A stretch of DNA of 64,000 bases from contig CP075496.1 of the NCBI GenBank assembly GCA_021613535.1, positions 6,634,001 to 6,698,000 of the forward strand, given 5' to 3'. A program made the position numbers and the translations under genes. Position 1 is the stretch's first letter; each line of letters opens with the position of its first letter. The notes under the pieces are model-generated. The model was not told the DNA's origin. It saw only the letters and a program-made list of their open reading frames with translations, and did not search any database. The stretch comes from Adineta vaga. Taxonomy: Eukaryota > Animalia > Rotifera. Of this stretch, positions 11,596 through 25,324 are shown in pieces.

Positions 11596-14500
11596 TTAAA
11601 CAGATGTTTCATAAACAGATGATCGATGTGAATTGAGCTAAAAAAATTCGATAGAAAAAATACGAGATGATTCGAATCAAATCAATAGATTCATTACATA
11701 CATTTTCGGACATTGGTCGATGTTTGGATAGTCCTTCAATTGATTTGCTAGCTGATGGAGTTGATATTCTAACAAAAATAATTGAAAATTGATCAACTTT
11801 CTAATCGTTATTAACAATTCCAGTTTTCTGCAAGCAATGATGATAGATATAAGGTTTCTATCCTATGCCAAAGGTTATATCTCTCTTACTCTCTCTCTCT
11901 CTATACAGATATGTTTATTTGATCTTTTAGATCAGAAAAGACAAGAGTTACTAATAGTACATATGTTGCTACTATTGACAGAAGCCTCATCTATGAAAAT
12001 ATAACTCTCATCAGAAGTTTTTCTTTTGTTTCTTAAACAAACCTATTGAGATTTTGTTTATTGAAAGAATCATGTCCATCCGATGTTGGTATTGGTAAAC
12101 GAATAGCTAATCCATTAGTTGTCTCATCGAAACATGTTGACGATGATTTTCTGTTAGTTTTAGTTTTATTTAATGATGATATGGATGATTTTATTGCAGT
12201 TATCTTTTCAACATCTGGATTATCTTCATGTTCGATTATGCAAGTTGAACCATTTAATGTTTTACTATTTTGTTTTGAATTATCATCTGTTTTACCATTC
12301 GTAGGAGAATTAGGTGCAGATGTTGTTATTGTTGTAACGGAATCATTTGATACTGGTATTGAACCACAATAATGTCGACTGCTTAGTGTACGTGCTGAAG
12401 ATAATTCTGAATCATTGGCAGTGGATGCCACGAGATGTTGAATTAATGTTAATGGAGAAGTTTTACTCGTTTTTCTTTTATTTGTAACATTTAAATTTTT
12501 CTGTTGTGGTTTAATTGTTCTTGGTTTAGTTGGAGGTGGTAATGGACGTAGATGAGCTGGTTTAAGACGACGATCAGGTACAGGTGGTGGTGGTGCTGGA
12601 TATTCAAATTCATGTTCAAGCTCAGGATGAATATTATTTGTAGTTGTTGCTACTGTTGATGAACTCATTGTTGGTGAACGTGGTGATGTATTAGTTGTTT
12701 GTTCAGATTCATAAGCTTCGTCAGTTGTTGATGGTAAGGAAGAAACAATCGATATCAATGGACTTTTTGTTGGGATGAGAAAATCACTTCGAATATATGA
12801 ATAACCCGAATAACAATCTGATAGTAATTCATAGGGCGATTGATTTTTTACTGGAACAGATGGTAGTAATGTTTGATGGATGTAGGATCGTTCGTGATTA
12901 CTTGAATAACCCGAATCACGACATCTTTCTTCGTTCGATGCAATTGACAGAAGATTTTCATCAAGTTCTTCGGTAGTTTTTCGTTGAATTCGACGATATT
13001 CTTCTGTTGCTGTTGTTGTAACAATCCGACGAGGAGATACTCGCTCGTCTTCTTCAATCCTTAAAATATGTTCTTCGGGTATGAATTCATCGGCGAATCG
13101 AGTATTTTTCAATATGGATCGAACAGGTATTGATCTATTTAATAATAATAATAATAACTAGATGTAGGAATTCAGTTACATAATAATCTTACCGTTCATG
13201 ACCATTTTCGTTACCCTCTTTATTACATTGAATTCCATTTGGTATACTATCGAGTAAAAGTCTGCCTTGTCGTACTGTTTCTTCTGTGACACCATCTGTT
13301 GATATATGAGGTGTTGTATTATTCGAAAAAAGATTACAACGAAAGTCATGCGATGGTATTTGACTATTTGTTGCACGCATCATGCCATCGTAATAACGAC
13401 CTAGATTTATATGACGCTTTTGTATATGTGAACGATAGATAGGAAGTGAATTTTCAGAGCCATTATGTTCAAGATTAATCATGGTATTTGTTGATTGGTC
13501 TGGATTTGTATTCAGAAGAGAATTAGTTGTTGGAAATTCCTTGTCAACACTCATTAATGTTGTTGTTGGAGATTCCTGGAAAGAAATAATAAGAAATCAA
13601 AACAGAATGACTGATTTGTTCCTGTTAGAAAATAGAGAAAAATGACAATCGAACGAAATTGGATCTATCCGAGGACAGGAATGAATAAATGTGATACAGT
13701 TTTGTATTTCACAACAGCAAAAGCAATACATATGCCCTTCATTTCTTTTTGTTTCTCCTATATTTTTCTTACACGTTGTTCATCTTATTAAGCAGACAAT
13801 ACTTATTATCAATGGGAAAACGAATATCAACTAGAAAACTCAAGGGTCGATAATAATTATACAAACAATTAGAACAACATTGTGTCAAGCAACTAATTAG
13901 ATAGTAGATTCTTGATAATACGATTGTTTTTCTTCGAATTCATAGAATTTGTTGACTGTATTTGTAGAAACGTAGAGATCAAATACAAGTCAAAGAATCT
14001 CTTGGGAAAATTTACATGATGGCTTACGGATAGATATATATCGTAGACAAGACAAAAAGCAAATATCGAACGGATAAATAGTTATTTATCCAAAGAATGA
14101 CTTACCATATGTTAGAAACTTATCTTTTTACTTTCTAAAGAAGTTATTTATATTAGAACTAGAAGGATTTTGATGAAAAAAATCTTGAAAAAGAAGTCCA
14201 TTTTTTGTTTTTCAATACATACTTGATCAATTGATTGTTTAGTACTAATTGATCCATCATCATTTGTTCGGGAAAATGTATATAATCGATTCAAACTACC
14301 TCGAGGTATAATTGTTGATATTTGATTAGTTTGATCATTACTATCATTTAATGTTTCTGCTTTAGCAGAGAAGACAATGAATTCATCTGTTCCATTGATA
14401 TCATTTTCATCCAATTCTCGAAGTGCATTTTCATCATCGGATAATTCACGAACACCCTCATACCCACTCTCGACATCATGTTCAAAATCTTTTGAATGCA

Positions 14501-17500
14501 AAACATCATGTAATATCGAATCGACCAAATCGGTCGCAACACGTTCTAGTAACGTATTTTTTTCATCATCATTAATTTCTTCGACAATATGCATGTTATT
14601 TGTCGACAATCGTTTGTCATTTTCTTCTTCGTCAGTTACATCTTCCAATTCCACACGACCGAACGAGATTTTTTCACTAGAAGAAGAAAAAAGATAAGAA
14701 ATGCAAAAATTCTTTTGTTCAATCTTCTGTTCGTTCTTTCCTAATAGATAATTTTTCTCTTCAACAATCAATTCTACTACGATTAACTACTGAACATACA
14801 TTTGTCGTTTCTCATCATCAATATAGATCAATTATCTGTCGGAGACAATTGTCTAACATATTAACGATTAGATTGAATTGAAAAATCGGGTTCTTTTTTC
14901 TTACTCAGCTAGAGGCATTGTTTGAAATCCATTTGAGTTAATCCGATGATCGTCTTGCTAGAAGATAAAAAAACAATCAATAAGACAAAGTACTAGTAAG
15001 TAGATGAATGGCAAAAAAACAACAAAACGTCTTTTTCTTCTTCTTGATTCGACTCGTTCTTTTTTATATGTCTGTAAGTAAAATGTATACATAAGCGCAT
15101 AAAAACGAGCTGCAGTAGTATAAGAAGAAGACGACGACGACGGAGAAGAGGGAGAACGTTGAAGAAAAAAAAACAGCACAAACATGTATAAGAATATATA
15201 CTAACCTTATCGTTCGTCAACGAGTGATTGTCCGTACTATAGTTGTTTTTCTTGTATGCATTCGTATTTTTAACGTTATTGAATTTCATAATATCAATCG
15301 AACTATCAATGGTTTCTTCACCACAGAATTTTGAGATGATATTTTTATCAGAAGTATAATCTGATTTTATATTTGTCATCAAAGCATTGTCATAGTGACG
15401 TTTTGGTATATCGTAATAATTCGATTTCAAAGTTACTTGTTGAATCAATGGTTTTTTTGAAGTACCTATAAAAGAAATCAGTTTCGTCGTCGGTCTCTTA
15501 ACAGTCCTTGAAAGGGAAAAATAACACACGATTAGTTTTTCTGTACAGTTTTGTTTCTTTTTTTCCCTCTTCTTCAATACACATCGGCAGACAATGACAT
15601 GGAAGCATGCAAGCACTTGTTTACTTTTTTCTTTTCGTCTATAAGAATAATCCCATCTGGTTTGATTGATATCATCTGACTGGTTCTGTGAAATACTATT
15701 ATCTTTTACAACTAAGCATAGATTATTTGTTTTCAGCTGCAAAGAATTTTTTCTCGTTCTTTTTGTTCTCAATCAATGTAACTAATCGAAAGTAGACACA
15801 CACACACACACATATTAAACAACAACAAGACGAAGACGAAGAATTTGATGAGCAAACAACGTGATGATGAGTTGTCCGTGACTGTTTCTGTCTTCACTCT
15901 TCTAATATATTACAAGAAGACAAACAAATATGACATATAGCTGACAACAGCAAGGACGTTAACTATTTGCGATACAAAGAATCAAAACTAGCTGTCTAGG
16001 GAAGTGTAATTCCTTTGATAAACATATATATATATATATATTCTACTAAATTAATCCCATCGAAAAGCGCAAGAAACCTTGAATGACCTTATTACTTCTA
16101 TCGAAAGTCATTTGATAAACTAATGTTTTTTTTATATCGCTTCATTAAACCGTATGCAATTCAATTTCTTATTTAATCTATCCCCTCTCTCTCTCTCTGT
16201 GACGACAATGGATCAATTTACACTGAATTAATGAGATATACGAAGAATAACACAGACAAACTCTAATCTAGTAGTTAATAACAGTCTCAACAAAGTATAC
16301 GTAATTGACGCAATAGCTCTTTGATAAAGATCGACTAGAGTCAATGTAAAGACCATGTCATATAAATATATATATGTACGGTTAAATGATCCTTGAATAA
16401 TACGACTATCAGATTTATTTCTCAACGTATTCGTTTTAATGAAAAGTAAATGTTGATGTCAACGATTGATTTTTAACATCGAGATTTTTTAGCTTACTAA
16501 TCTGATCATTTTTCTTCTTGGGTATAAACTGAGTTGGTTGATACCAATGACTTGACTTTGATACTCGTTCAATGCCCTTTACATGTCTATGATGATGACG
16601 ACGAGATGTCGATATCGTTGATGAAGGTAATAATGGAGAAAAGTTCATTCCATCCATCATATGTTGTGGATGCCAGGAATGTACAGATGGAGATGGTGAT
16701 GTTCCTTTTGATGAACGATACGAACGATAACTATGCGGACGTTGTACATGAACTATTTCAGGAGTACGCTGAACTTCTGGATTTGGATCATAATGACTTA
16801 TCGAATTAACTGATGGTTTATTATTTGATATTCGAAATGAATGAGTGGACTCATTATACCATGAAGGTATAGTTAATTTTTGAAGTGAACTTTGAAAACG
16901 TCGTTGATAATCATTGATCATTGTTGATGTTTTTTGATTATTTAATGAATGAGAATTCTCACTAGTAGCTATCGATCGTTCAGGTTGTTCAGGAAAAATT
17001 GATGAACATAAAACAGCATCACATTGTTGTATCAATTCATCAAATATACTTAAATCATAATCTGATATACGTATCGGTTTTAAATCTAGATAAATGCAAA
17101 ACGTGACATTAAAACTAAAGAAAAATGATCTATTTTATGAAAAGAGGTGAAGACATGTAAACGGATATGACTAATAATAAATGGATACACTGATAAATAT
17201 ATACCGATGTATATATAAAATAAGACAAATCACATTTCTTTACTCAAGCATGAAATGAAATGATTGATACTCAATTAGTAATTTCAGTCCTCCTCTTCTT
17301 CTTCTTCTTTCGTCCTAATTTAATCCGATTATTATTTTTCTTCTTACCCAATATGGTCAAATTATCTTCATTATCATCATCGTCTAACAGACCGAAATCA
17401 TTATTGATCTGTTCTTGTTGGAGAATTGGTATCACATATAAATCGATCGGATCATCATCGTTGGTATTATCACTTTGTAAATAATCTAAATCATTGAAAC

Positions 17501-17899
17501 CATGATAGAAAACAGAAGGTGCATATGGAATAACGTGTGCCTAGCAAAGAACATAAGGATTGATGGGACGAATATGAATGGTAAGAACTGAAACATTATC
17601 TTGCACTTGTTTGCTGCTCTTTTTCCTTCTCTTCTTCTTGCCTCTCTCTCTCCTTCTCCTCTCTCTAAAAGAGAAAGAAAATGAGACGAGAAAAAGAAAT
17701 CTCCTTTATTATGTTCTTGTTCAACGTTTCATACACTCTGAATGCTTTGAAGTTCTTTGTCGTCTGATATTATATGAATAGAATTAAAAAGCGAAATACA
17801 AAAGAAAAGTTGTACATGTATATTTAAAGAGTGCCACTGGTTCGATTCCATTTACATGTTATTGATGACCTAGTAGAATGAACGAACGGCGGCACGGAT

Positions 17900-17931
<32 letters not shown>

Positions 17932-18030
17932 AGCACATCCATCAAAATGACATCTGGTGCTTTGTTATGGAGTAAAGCTAAAAGAGAATAATTGCTACAT
18001 ACTTGTTACTGTATCGGTCGATTCGGTCAT
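11596..18030 (-). CDS. Large, mostly low-complexity/disordered protein of unknown function with short linear motifs; multi-exon, exact structure tentative
   Basis: ORFs 16436-17035, 14993-15772, 14148-14771, 13189-13554 and 12033-13112 plus short exons join through phase-compatible GT-AG junctions. The final exon reads LNSHRSSVYETSV* (stop at 11596-11598). The 5' exons (ATG at 18030) are least certain, and this could be two genes. Confidence 0.55.
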
Positions 18031-18554
18031 TTCATCAGTTCTCTCAAAATGTGTTCTTGATTAGCCATCGATTTCTACGCATAGTTGTCATCATTAGTCA
18101 ATAGAAGAAGTAATATTTCCGTCGGCGAAGGTTAAATCATCATCATCATCAGCAGCAGCAGCTTCGTCTTGTACTAAGCTACACTATCTAAGTCATCATC
18201 ATTATCATTATCATTTGTAGTGTATTTTCTGTATGTTTTAGTATTTAGAAGACTGATTTACATTTATGCTAGTCACAAGAGGCAGAAAAAAAGAAGACGA
18301 TGAAGAATGATGAAAGTAGCTTCTGGCACAATTGTTGTTGACATGAAGATGCCTACCAGATCATTCTATGAAACAAAAATTACTATCGCCTTCTGTTTTT
18401 TTTTCTTGCTTTTCTTTATGAAATGCAAAAGAAAAAAAAACGAAGAGACGAGAGATAGAGATTCATATAGATAGATAGACCGGAACATTTTCTTTTCATA
18501 TATTGCCATTTCATAGATAATAAAAAATACGATCGGTTGTATTTATTTAACTAA

Positions 18555-19798
18555 CTAGGAGGAAGCATAAACAACATGCCGATGAATAAGATCTTCGATT
18601 TCATTGGTTTTATAGCCGAGTTCATTAAGAATCTCTCGAGTTTGTTCTCCGCATTGAGGTGCCAGTCGATTAACTAACCATTTTGATCGACTCATCGTCA
18701 CAGGTTGTCCTATAACATCAATCATATCATGTCGTGGATGTTCAATATGAGCTATCATTTGTAAATGTTTAACTTGTGGATCAGCAAATGTTTCATCAAT
18801 ACGATTGATTGGCCCACAAGCAATACTTGCTTTATTTAATTCTTCGATCCAATATTGACTTGACTTTGTCATAAAAATAGTTTCTAACTCATTGTTAAGT
18901 TTTTCTCGATTGAGTGAACGCTGTTTAGGTGTACAATAATCAGAATTGGATGTTAAATCTTCATGATTTAAAATCTTACATAAACGTTGAAATTCTCCTT
19001 GTGCCGATGCTGCTATTGTCATATGTCCATCAAGTGTACGAAATGTACCTGTTGGAATCGTAGTTGGATGATGATTACCTGCTTGAGTTGGTACTTCATT
19101 ATCAATAAGATATCGAGCAGCTTGTAAATCTAGCATAAAAATTTGTGAAGCTAATAATGATGTTTCGATATATTGACCTTGTCCTGATGAATGTCGTTCT
19201 AATAATGCAATTAAGATACCATTGGCAAGAAGTAAACCCGTCGAAAGGTCAGCAATTGGAATACCAGCGCGAACTGGTCCTTGGCCTGGTAAGCCTGTTA
19301 TAGACATCAGGCCACCGATACCTATTAAAATATATTAATGCTATTTTTTCGTCGAAATGTTGCTTATAATCATTTACCTTGTACGATTTGATCATAACCT
19401 GGTCGATTTTTATATGGACCTGTTTGACCAAAACCTGAGATAGAAGCATAGATTAATCGTGGATTAATTTCTTGCAAAGTTTCATAATCAATGCCAAGAC
19501 GATATTTCACATCAGGTCGAAAACTTTCAATCAATATATCCGTTGTTTTAACGAGTTGTTTCAATATTTGTACACCATCATCATGCTTAAGATTAATTGC
19601 TATTGAACGTTTATTACGTTGAATATTTTGATAATCCGAGTTATCTGTTTGATCACCATCATCATTAGATTGATCTTTTGGTATTTCAATTTTAATAACT
19701 TGAGCACCCCAATCACTCAATTGTCGAACAGCTGTTGGTCCTGCACGTACTCGTGTAAGATCCAGAACTTTATAAGTACTTAATGGTTGTTTTGACAT
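18555..19798 (-). CDS. Family III CoA-transferase (CaiB/BaiF, formyl-CoA transferase-like), 2 exons
   Basis: VLDLTRVRAGPTAVRQL..WGAQVIKIE, RNKRSIAINLK, DILIESFRP, LIYASISGFGQTGPY..RPGYD, catalytic PIADL, APQCGEQTREIL. A 56-nt intron (19322-19377) restores VQGIGGLMSITG. Confidence 0.95.
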
Positions 19799-20445
19799 GT
19801 TTTCTAGTAATATGTATTTCTAATTTTTTGATTGTTTATATAAAAGAATCCAATGTATCTATTGCAAACGAACACTAATCGTTGGATTTGTTTCATGCAT
19901 TCATTCAATCACGAGGTAGTTATATATCTTTACATATATATATATCATATGATAAGAAAATGATTGCGTTCTCTTCTTTTCTTAGGCTATGTTGACTTTT
20001 TCTTTGTTGTTATCGATTACGATAAAATCATAACACACATGATAAAACTCGTGTTGACAATCAAAATCTTACTAAGGTCAAACTCATTAGAATGATGAAG
20101 AAGAAATGAACTATAAATTACAATTATTTCACAATACATTTCAATAGTTGATAAGTTATTAAAAATCAAGCAATTTCTAAATATATATTCGAAAAATTAA
20201 TGATAATATGTTAACTGAAGTAAATCTTTCATGATCTTTTTTTCCGCTGAACTGATTTTTAATTATCTCTTACTAATAGATGTCTTTTATGTTTCTTATT
20301 ACATCTTGTTATTACATTACAAATAATACTACCTAGAAAGAAAAAACCGTACTTCATACACTTATCTATATATGTGTTGATCTTTATTGAAATAAAGACG
20401 AAAGAAATTTAAGGTATTTTACAATAAAATGGCGAAGAAATTTTG

Positions 20446-21743
20446 TCATTCAAATAAATGAATTTTTGTATATTTTTCCGAAATCTTATTTGTTGAAGAT
20501 AATTTCAATGATTTCGATGATGATGATAGTGTTGAACAAGGAGATGATGATGAATGTACTGTTGATAAACGTGTTATTGTTGCTGGTGATGAATTACTCG
20601 AATGATTTGATAATACTCTTTGTTGATGTACAAATTTAACACATTTAATAGAACGCATTTTTAAAAGACCTCCAATAAGAACGATTATAATTAATAAAGC
20701 ACCAGTTAGTAAACCAATTAAAATTAATGGTACGGATAAAATTGTTTGATTAACACGATTAAGACTCGTTGTTAGTATACATCGATTTTCTTGACAAAAA
20801 TAATCTTTTGGACATGTATTTTTCGTTTTGAAATTATCACATTCTTTCAGAAATATTAATTCACAACGGTAGATATTATTCGATCGAATTCGTTGCGTAC
20901 CTAATGGACATTGACAATTTTCATCGATTTCATCTGAATGAATTTGTTTTTGAATATTACATAATCGACGACAACGTTCTGGTGTTAACGAACAATTCGA
21001 TGCTAATTCAGTATCAATACAGAGATGACCAACTTTTTCAATTGTATGTGAACGACATTGACACGTTTGAGATGTAGATGAACATTCATATAATTGAGAA
21101 TGAAAACATTCATGAGAACATTTCGAACCGATTGTTTGTTCAAATTCAATACGAAGATGAAATGAATTATTAATGAGAATTTCATCATTTGAATTCAATC
21201 GACAATTCTGTAGAGCAACAGTAGATTGTTTAAAATAAGCACCATGTGATGAAAATGAATCCACAGATGAAGAAGGGTAGTTTTGAAATTGAAGAGGAAC
21301 AGTTGATGTACGAGTTGGTTCCGTTCGACGCATCGATAGATCTGACTACAAGAAAAAAATACATATATATAAACGAAATTATCATGAGATTTTCTTTTCA
21401 TTAGACTTACACGAGTATCTAGAATAGTAAATTCACAATCATTTGGTGTATAAATCTGTTCATTTCCTGGACATTCGAAAAGTAATGGTACAGGTACTAA
21501 ATAAGTATCTGCAAATGGATAAATAATACCGATAGATAATGATTGATTTAGAGTTGTAAAAGATTGATTTGATAATGAATACAATGGTCGAACTGTTAAT
21601 AATGTTTGATCGTCATTTAATTGAAATACATTCGAATGAGTTTGATAAAATCTTTGTACAAATCGACAATTATTCCATATTTTCCCATTAGTTCGTTGTA
21701 AATGAAATATTAGAAGACAAAAAGTATACAGCAGTAGTCGCAT
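20446..21743 (-). CDS. Type I membrane protein with signal peptide and Cys-rich EGF/EB-like repeats, 2 exons
   Basis: Signal peptide MRLLLYTFCLLIFHLQRTNG; phase-0 intron ~21346-21410; Cys modules (CSSTSQTCQC..C, CQCPLGT..C, C..CPKDYFCQENRC); TM segment VPLILIGLLTGALLIIIVLIGGLL followed by KMR; Ser-rich tail. Confidence 0.75.
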
Positions 21744-22985
21744 GATGTTGATTCACTGAGTTGAATTAGTCAAATATTTTCCTTCTGCTCCTTTTCGTCA
21801 CACATAAATACAAACAATAATCGAATGTCCTTGCCGTTGACTGAATAGAATTTCTATGTTCAATACGTTGTTTACTCTTCTACTTGAATATCCATATGTG
21901 AGAGTAGTTGCCGCTCATTCAATCCGGATGTTATTTCTGTCGAATAGTGATGAAGAAGAATTGAACGAAAAGAGAAGGAGAAGAAGAAGAAGAAAAAAGC
22001 CGATCAATACGGCGAGACTAAATATGTTAGAAAGGATATATTAGCATAGAAAAAATGACGAATAAGACAATCTTTAAAAAGATTAGACAACTAACGTATA
22101 TAAAAATAAATGAAGATGAAGAAAGAATCTTTTTTTTATTCTTTGAATAATAAGATGGTCATCAATAACGAACGATAACAAACCTTAAAAAGTTTGTTTT
22201 TGTTATTATTATCAAACGGTTAAATCAACGTTCGTTGTCTATTGTTCATTAAAATCGATCAATTGTTGTTTACTTGCGGTATATAAATATATATATATAT
22301 ATACATATTGATGAAGACGAGAAAGTCATTTACTATATGTCAATGAAATAATTTCTTCGATAGATTTACTTCTAGTCTTACCAACCTGAAGTGGGCAGCC
22401 ACTTAAATATCCTTGAAAATCAATAGGCCAAGAGCATTTTGAATGATAGACGAAGGGTGAGAGAGAGAGAGAAAGAGAAAAAGAAACTAGTGGTAACCTT
22501 ATCGTTATAGTATGTTCAAGGCTATTGGTTCAGTGATTTATTTTTTCTAGAAGCATCTTTGTTATTAAATTTAATGTTTCTTTTGACAGAAGATCAATTT
22601 GAAAGAAAGAATAAATATAAACATAACTTAAACTATTACAACAAAAATCTATCATCAATGTCATCTATCTTAATGACAGTTTTGGTCAGGAGATAGAACC
22701 TTTTAGATTTATTTGTCACAATTTGTATATGGCAAAGCAATTATCTTTTAAGCAGTCTTTGTACGTATATGTCAAATATATTTGCTATCTATCTATCTTT
22801 GGATATGAGTAACACATAAACAGTGCGATAATGAAATGTAATATTGCTTGAAAATGTGTTGATAGTTTTTATGAGAAGAGAGAAGAAACGAAGAAGAAAT
22901 TTATAAGAACAAATAAAAACTAAGGAAAAATAAAACAACAACACTGATATAAACAATGAAAAGAAGAAGATTTCTTTTTCTTTTT

Positions 22986-25324
22986 TTATACAGTTTCGGA
23001 TGTCGAGAAATGTCGAGAGAGACGTGCAGCTTGACGTTGATTTTCTACTGGTCGAAGAAGAGGATCATGAATATTCCATGTTAATGTTCGAACTGATTTA
23101 GCCGGAGGTGCGGGTGATGCATTAAATGATGCTGCTGGTGTTAGACTTGCACCCGTCGATGTTGTATGATTCATTATTGTTGCTTTAAGTAATTGTTTTT
23201 GACGTCGTCGTTCAAAATTTGAATGATAGTGCGATGTTTTATAAGCTGTATGATTTTTTCTATTTGCATCTAAAAATGAATCTTGTTCTTTTGCATCTGA
23301 CACACGTCGTTCTAATGTAGCGAGACACGATGATTCTGTACAACAAAAACATAAATGTTTACATATAAATAATATTGCTGAACCAATTGTATAATAAAAT
23401 AATCGAAGACATATATGTTTGAAATCCGAACGAAAGCGTTTGGATGTTGCCATGTAGAGTAGGAAATTTACTGCATGATTCGTTTCTCTCATGGCTTTTT
23501 CAATTATTGTTAAATATGGATGAAATACACCCATACAAACTTGAACGTTCTCATATACATTTCGTGTGAAATGGCATTGACGATAGTTATAGAATAGATA
23601 CGTTATGCACCAGTGTATATAGAATGGACCAAGTAAAAGAAGAAATGCAAAAGATGCAACGAATAACATTACAGTTGTACCTCGTTTATCCATTATACTA
23701 AATAAATAATAATTGGAATTAGTATGTTTAATAAGAATAGTTTACACTATTTAACATAGATTGAAAGAAAAATCTCATTCAAATTTTCATGTCTTACTTT
23801 GTTGTAAAATTTTTTGTTGTTCCATCATCGTCTTTGACTTTGAAACGTTTACTTGAATTTTTTAATTCAATAATAATTATTAAATTACTGATTGATATTC
23901 CACAAAATGGAATTAATGCATAAGAAAAGACAGTAAAGAATCCACGAAAGATTTGATATCGATGAGCGTGTAGCGTATCGAATGCTTCACAATGTAATGT
24001 TCCACTTGTATAGAATATAAAATCAAATGGAATTGGTACAATATAGATTAACATCATAAAGGCTAGAAATGGTAAACGAAATTTATTGAATACATATCGA
24101 CATAGGGGATATTTAATAACAATACAACGTTCAATAGCAATCAAGGATAATGTTGTTGATGAACATTGACGAAAGTAGATAAAAAAGATTCCAAACATTT
24201 TACAAAATGGTGGTGATGCTTTTAAATAAGTCATAACATTTCGAAAGAGTAATGCAAATAAACTTGATGCTAAACTTAGAAGATCAAAACATGTTAGGGC
24301 GAGAAATAAAGTAAATGATGATGATCGTCTTAATGATCCACACATGAGAACAAGAAAAACAAATGTATTAAATATAATACCAATAACAACAATTGAATAT
24401 GTAAACTTAGCTAATTGATTTGATGATAAACTACGAAAATCATCATAACGTCGACAGAATAATGTTTGATTATTAAGAAAATCATGACTACTGGAATAAT
24501 CATTTGTATGAAATAATCGACGATGATCAATAGCTTGATTACCACCATCAAATAAGAATGTCCCAGCGGATGTATCATTTGAGACATAGATACTATGACT
24601 TGATATTGAGGAATATGAGCTTGAATCGCACATCGTTTGATTAGCTTGTAGACAGCAACGAGCGTTCCAATGAGGTCTTTGTATGGATGAATTTAATGAA
24701 AAAGTCAATGTATAATCAGTAAAAAGATCTAGATCAAGAGTAATTGGTGACGGAAGTTTGGCTGCAAGTGTAATGGGAAAAAGGAAAGATAATAATAAGA
24801 CAAATAAACTTAGTTTAGGAGAAAAGATTTGTTTAGTTTTAATTTCAGTTAAATGTCGTTCCGATATATAAGAACGTAAATGATCTGTCGAAAGAATAAA
24901 ATCAATAAAAATTTCGAATTTTTTCACGACAATTGGAGGAGGAATTAATTGATAATGAATTTGAACGAATTTGTTGAGTAAATATTGGTGAAACATGGTC
25001 AGTTTGAATTGCATGAAATGGAATGGAACATTCACATGTGAACGAACATAAATGAGAGCAGCAACAACGGAAATAAATAAGAAATTGTTTGGAACGTGAT
25101 GATCGAGTATTCTTGATAATAGATTCATTTCTTTGTTGTTGACGATGGATTTTTTCATATTTTGATGATTGATTCTTGGTGAGATTGTTGAGTACGGAGA
25201 AGGATGATGTTGAACCATGATTAAAATGACAAGGAGTTGATGATAATGTATATGTAAATAATGTTGTCGTACGATTAACCCTACTCAATGATGGAATTTG
25301 AGATTTTCTTTTAATCTTGAACAT
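22986..25324 (-). CDS. Class A (rhodopsin-like) GPCR, probable neuropeptide receptor; 5' structure tentative
   Basis: TM1 GIIFN, TM2 LALTCFDLL, TM3 C..IAIERCIVIKYPL (DRY equivalent), TM5 YALIP..N, TM6 FLLLLGP, TM7 TNHAVNFLLY (NPxxY equivalent), helix 8 SKRFRSDF. Intron at ~23699-23797. Confidence 0.9.
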
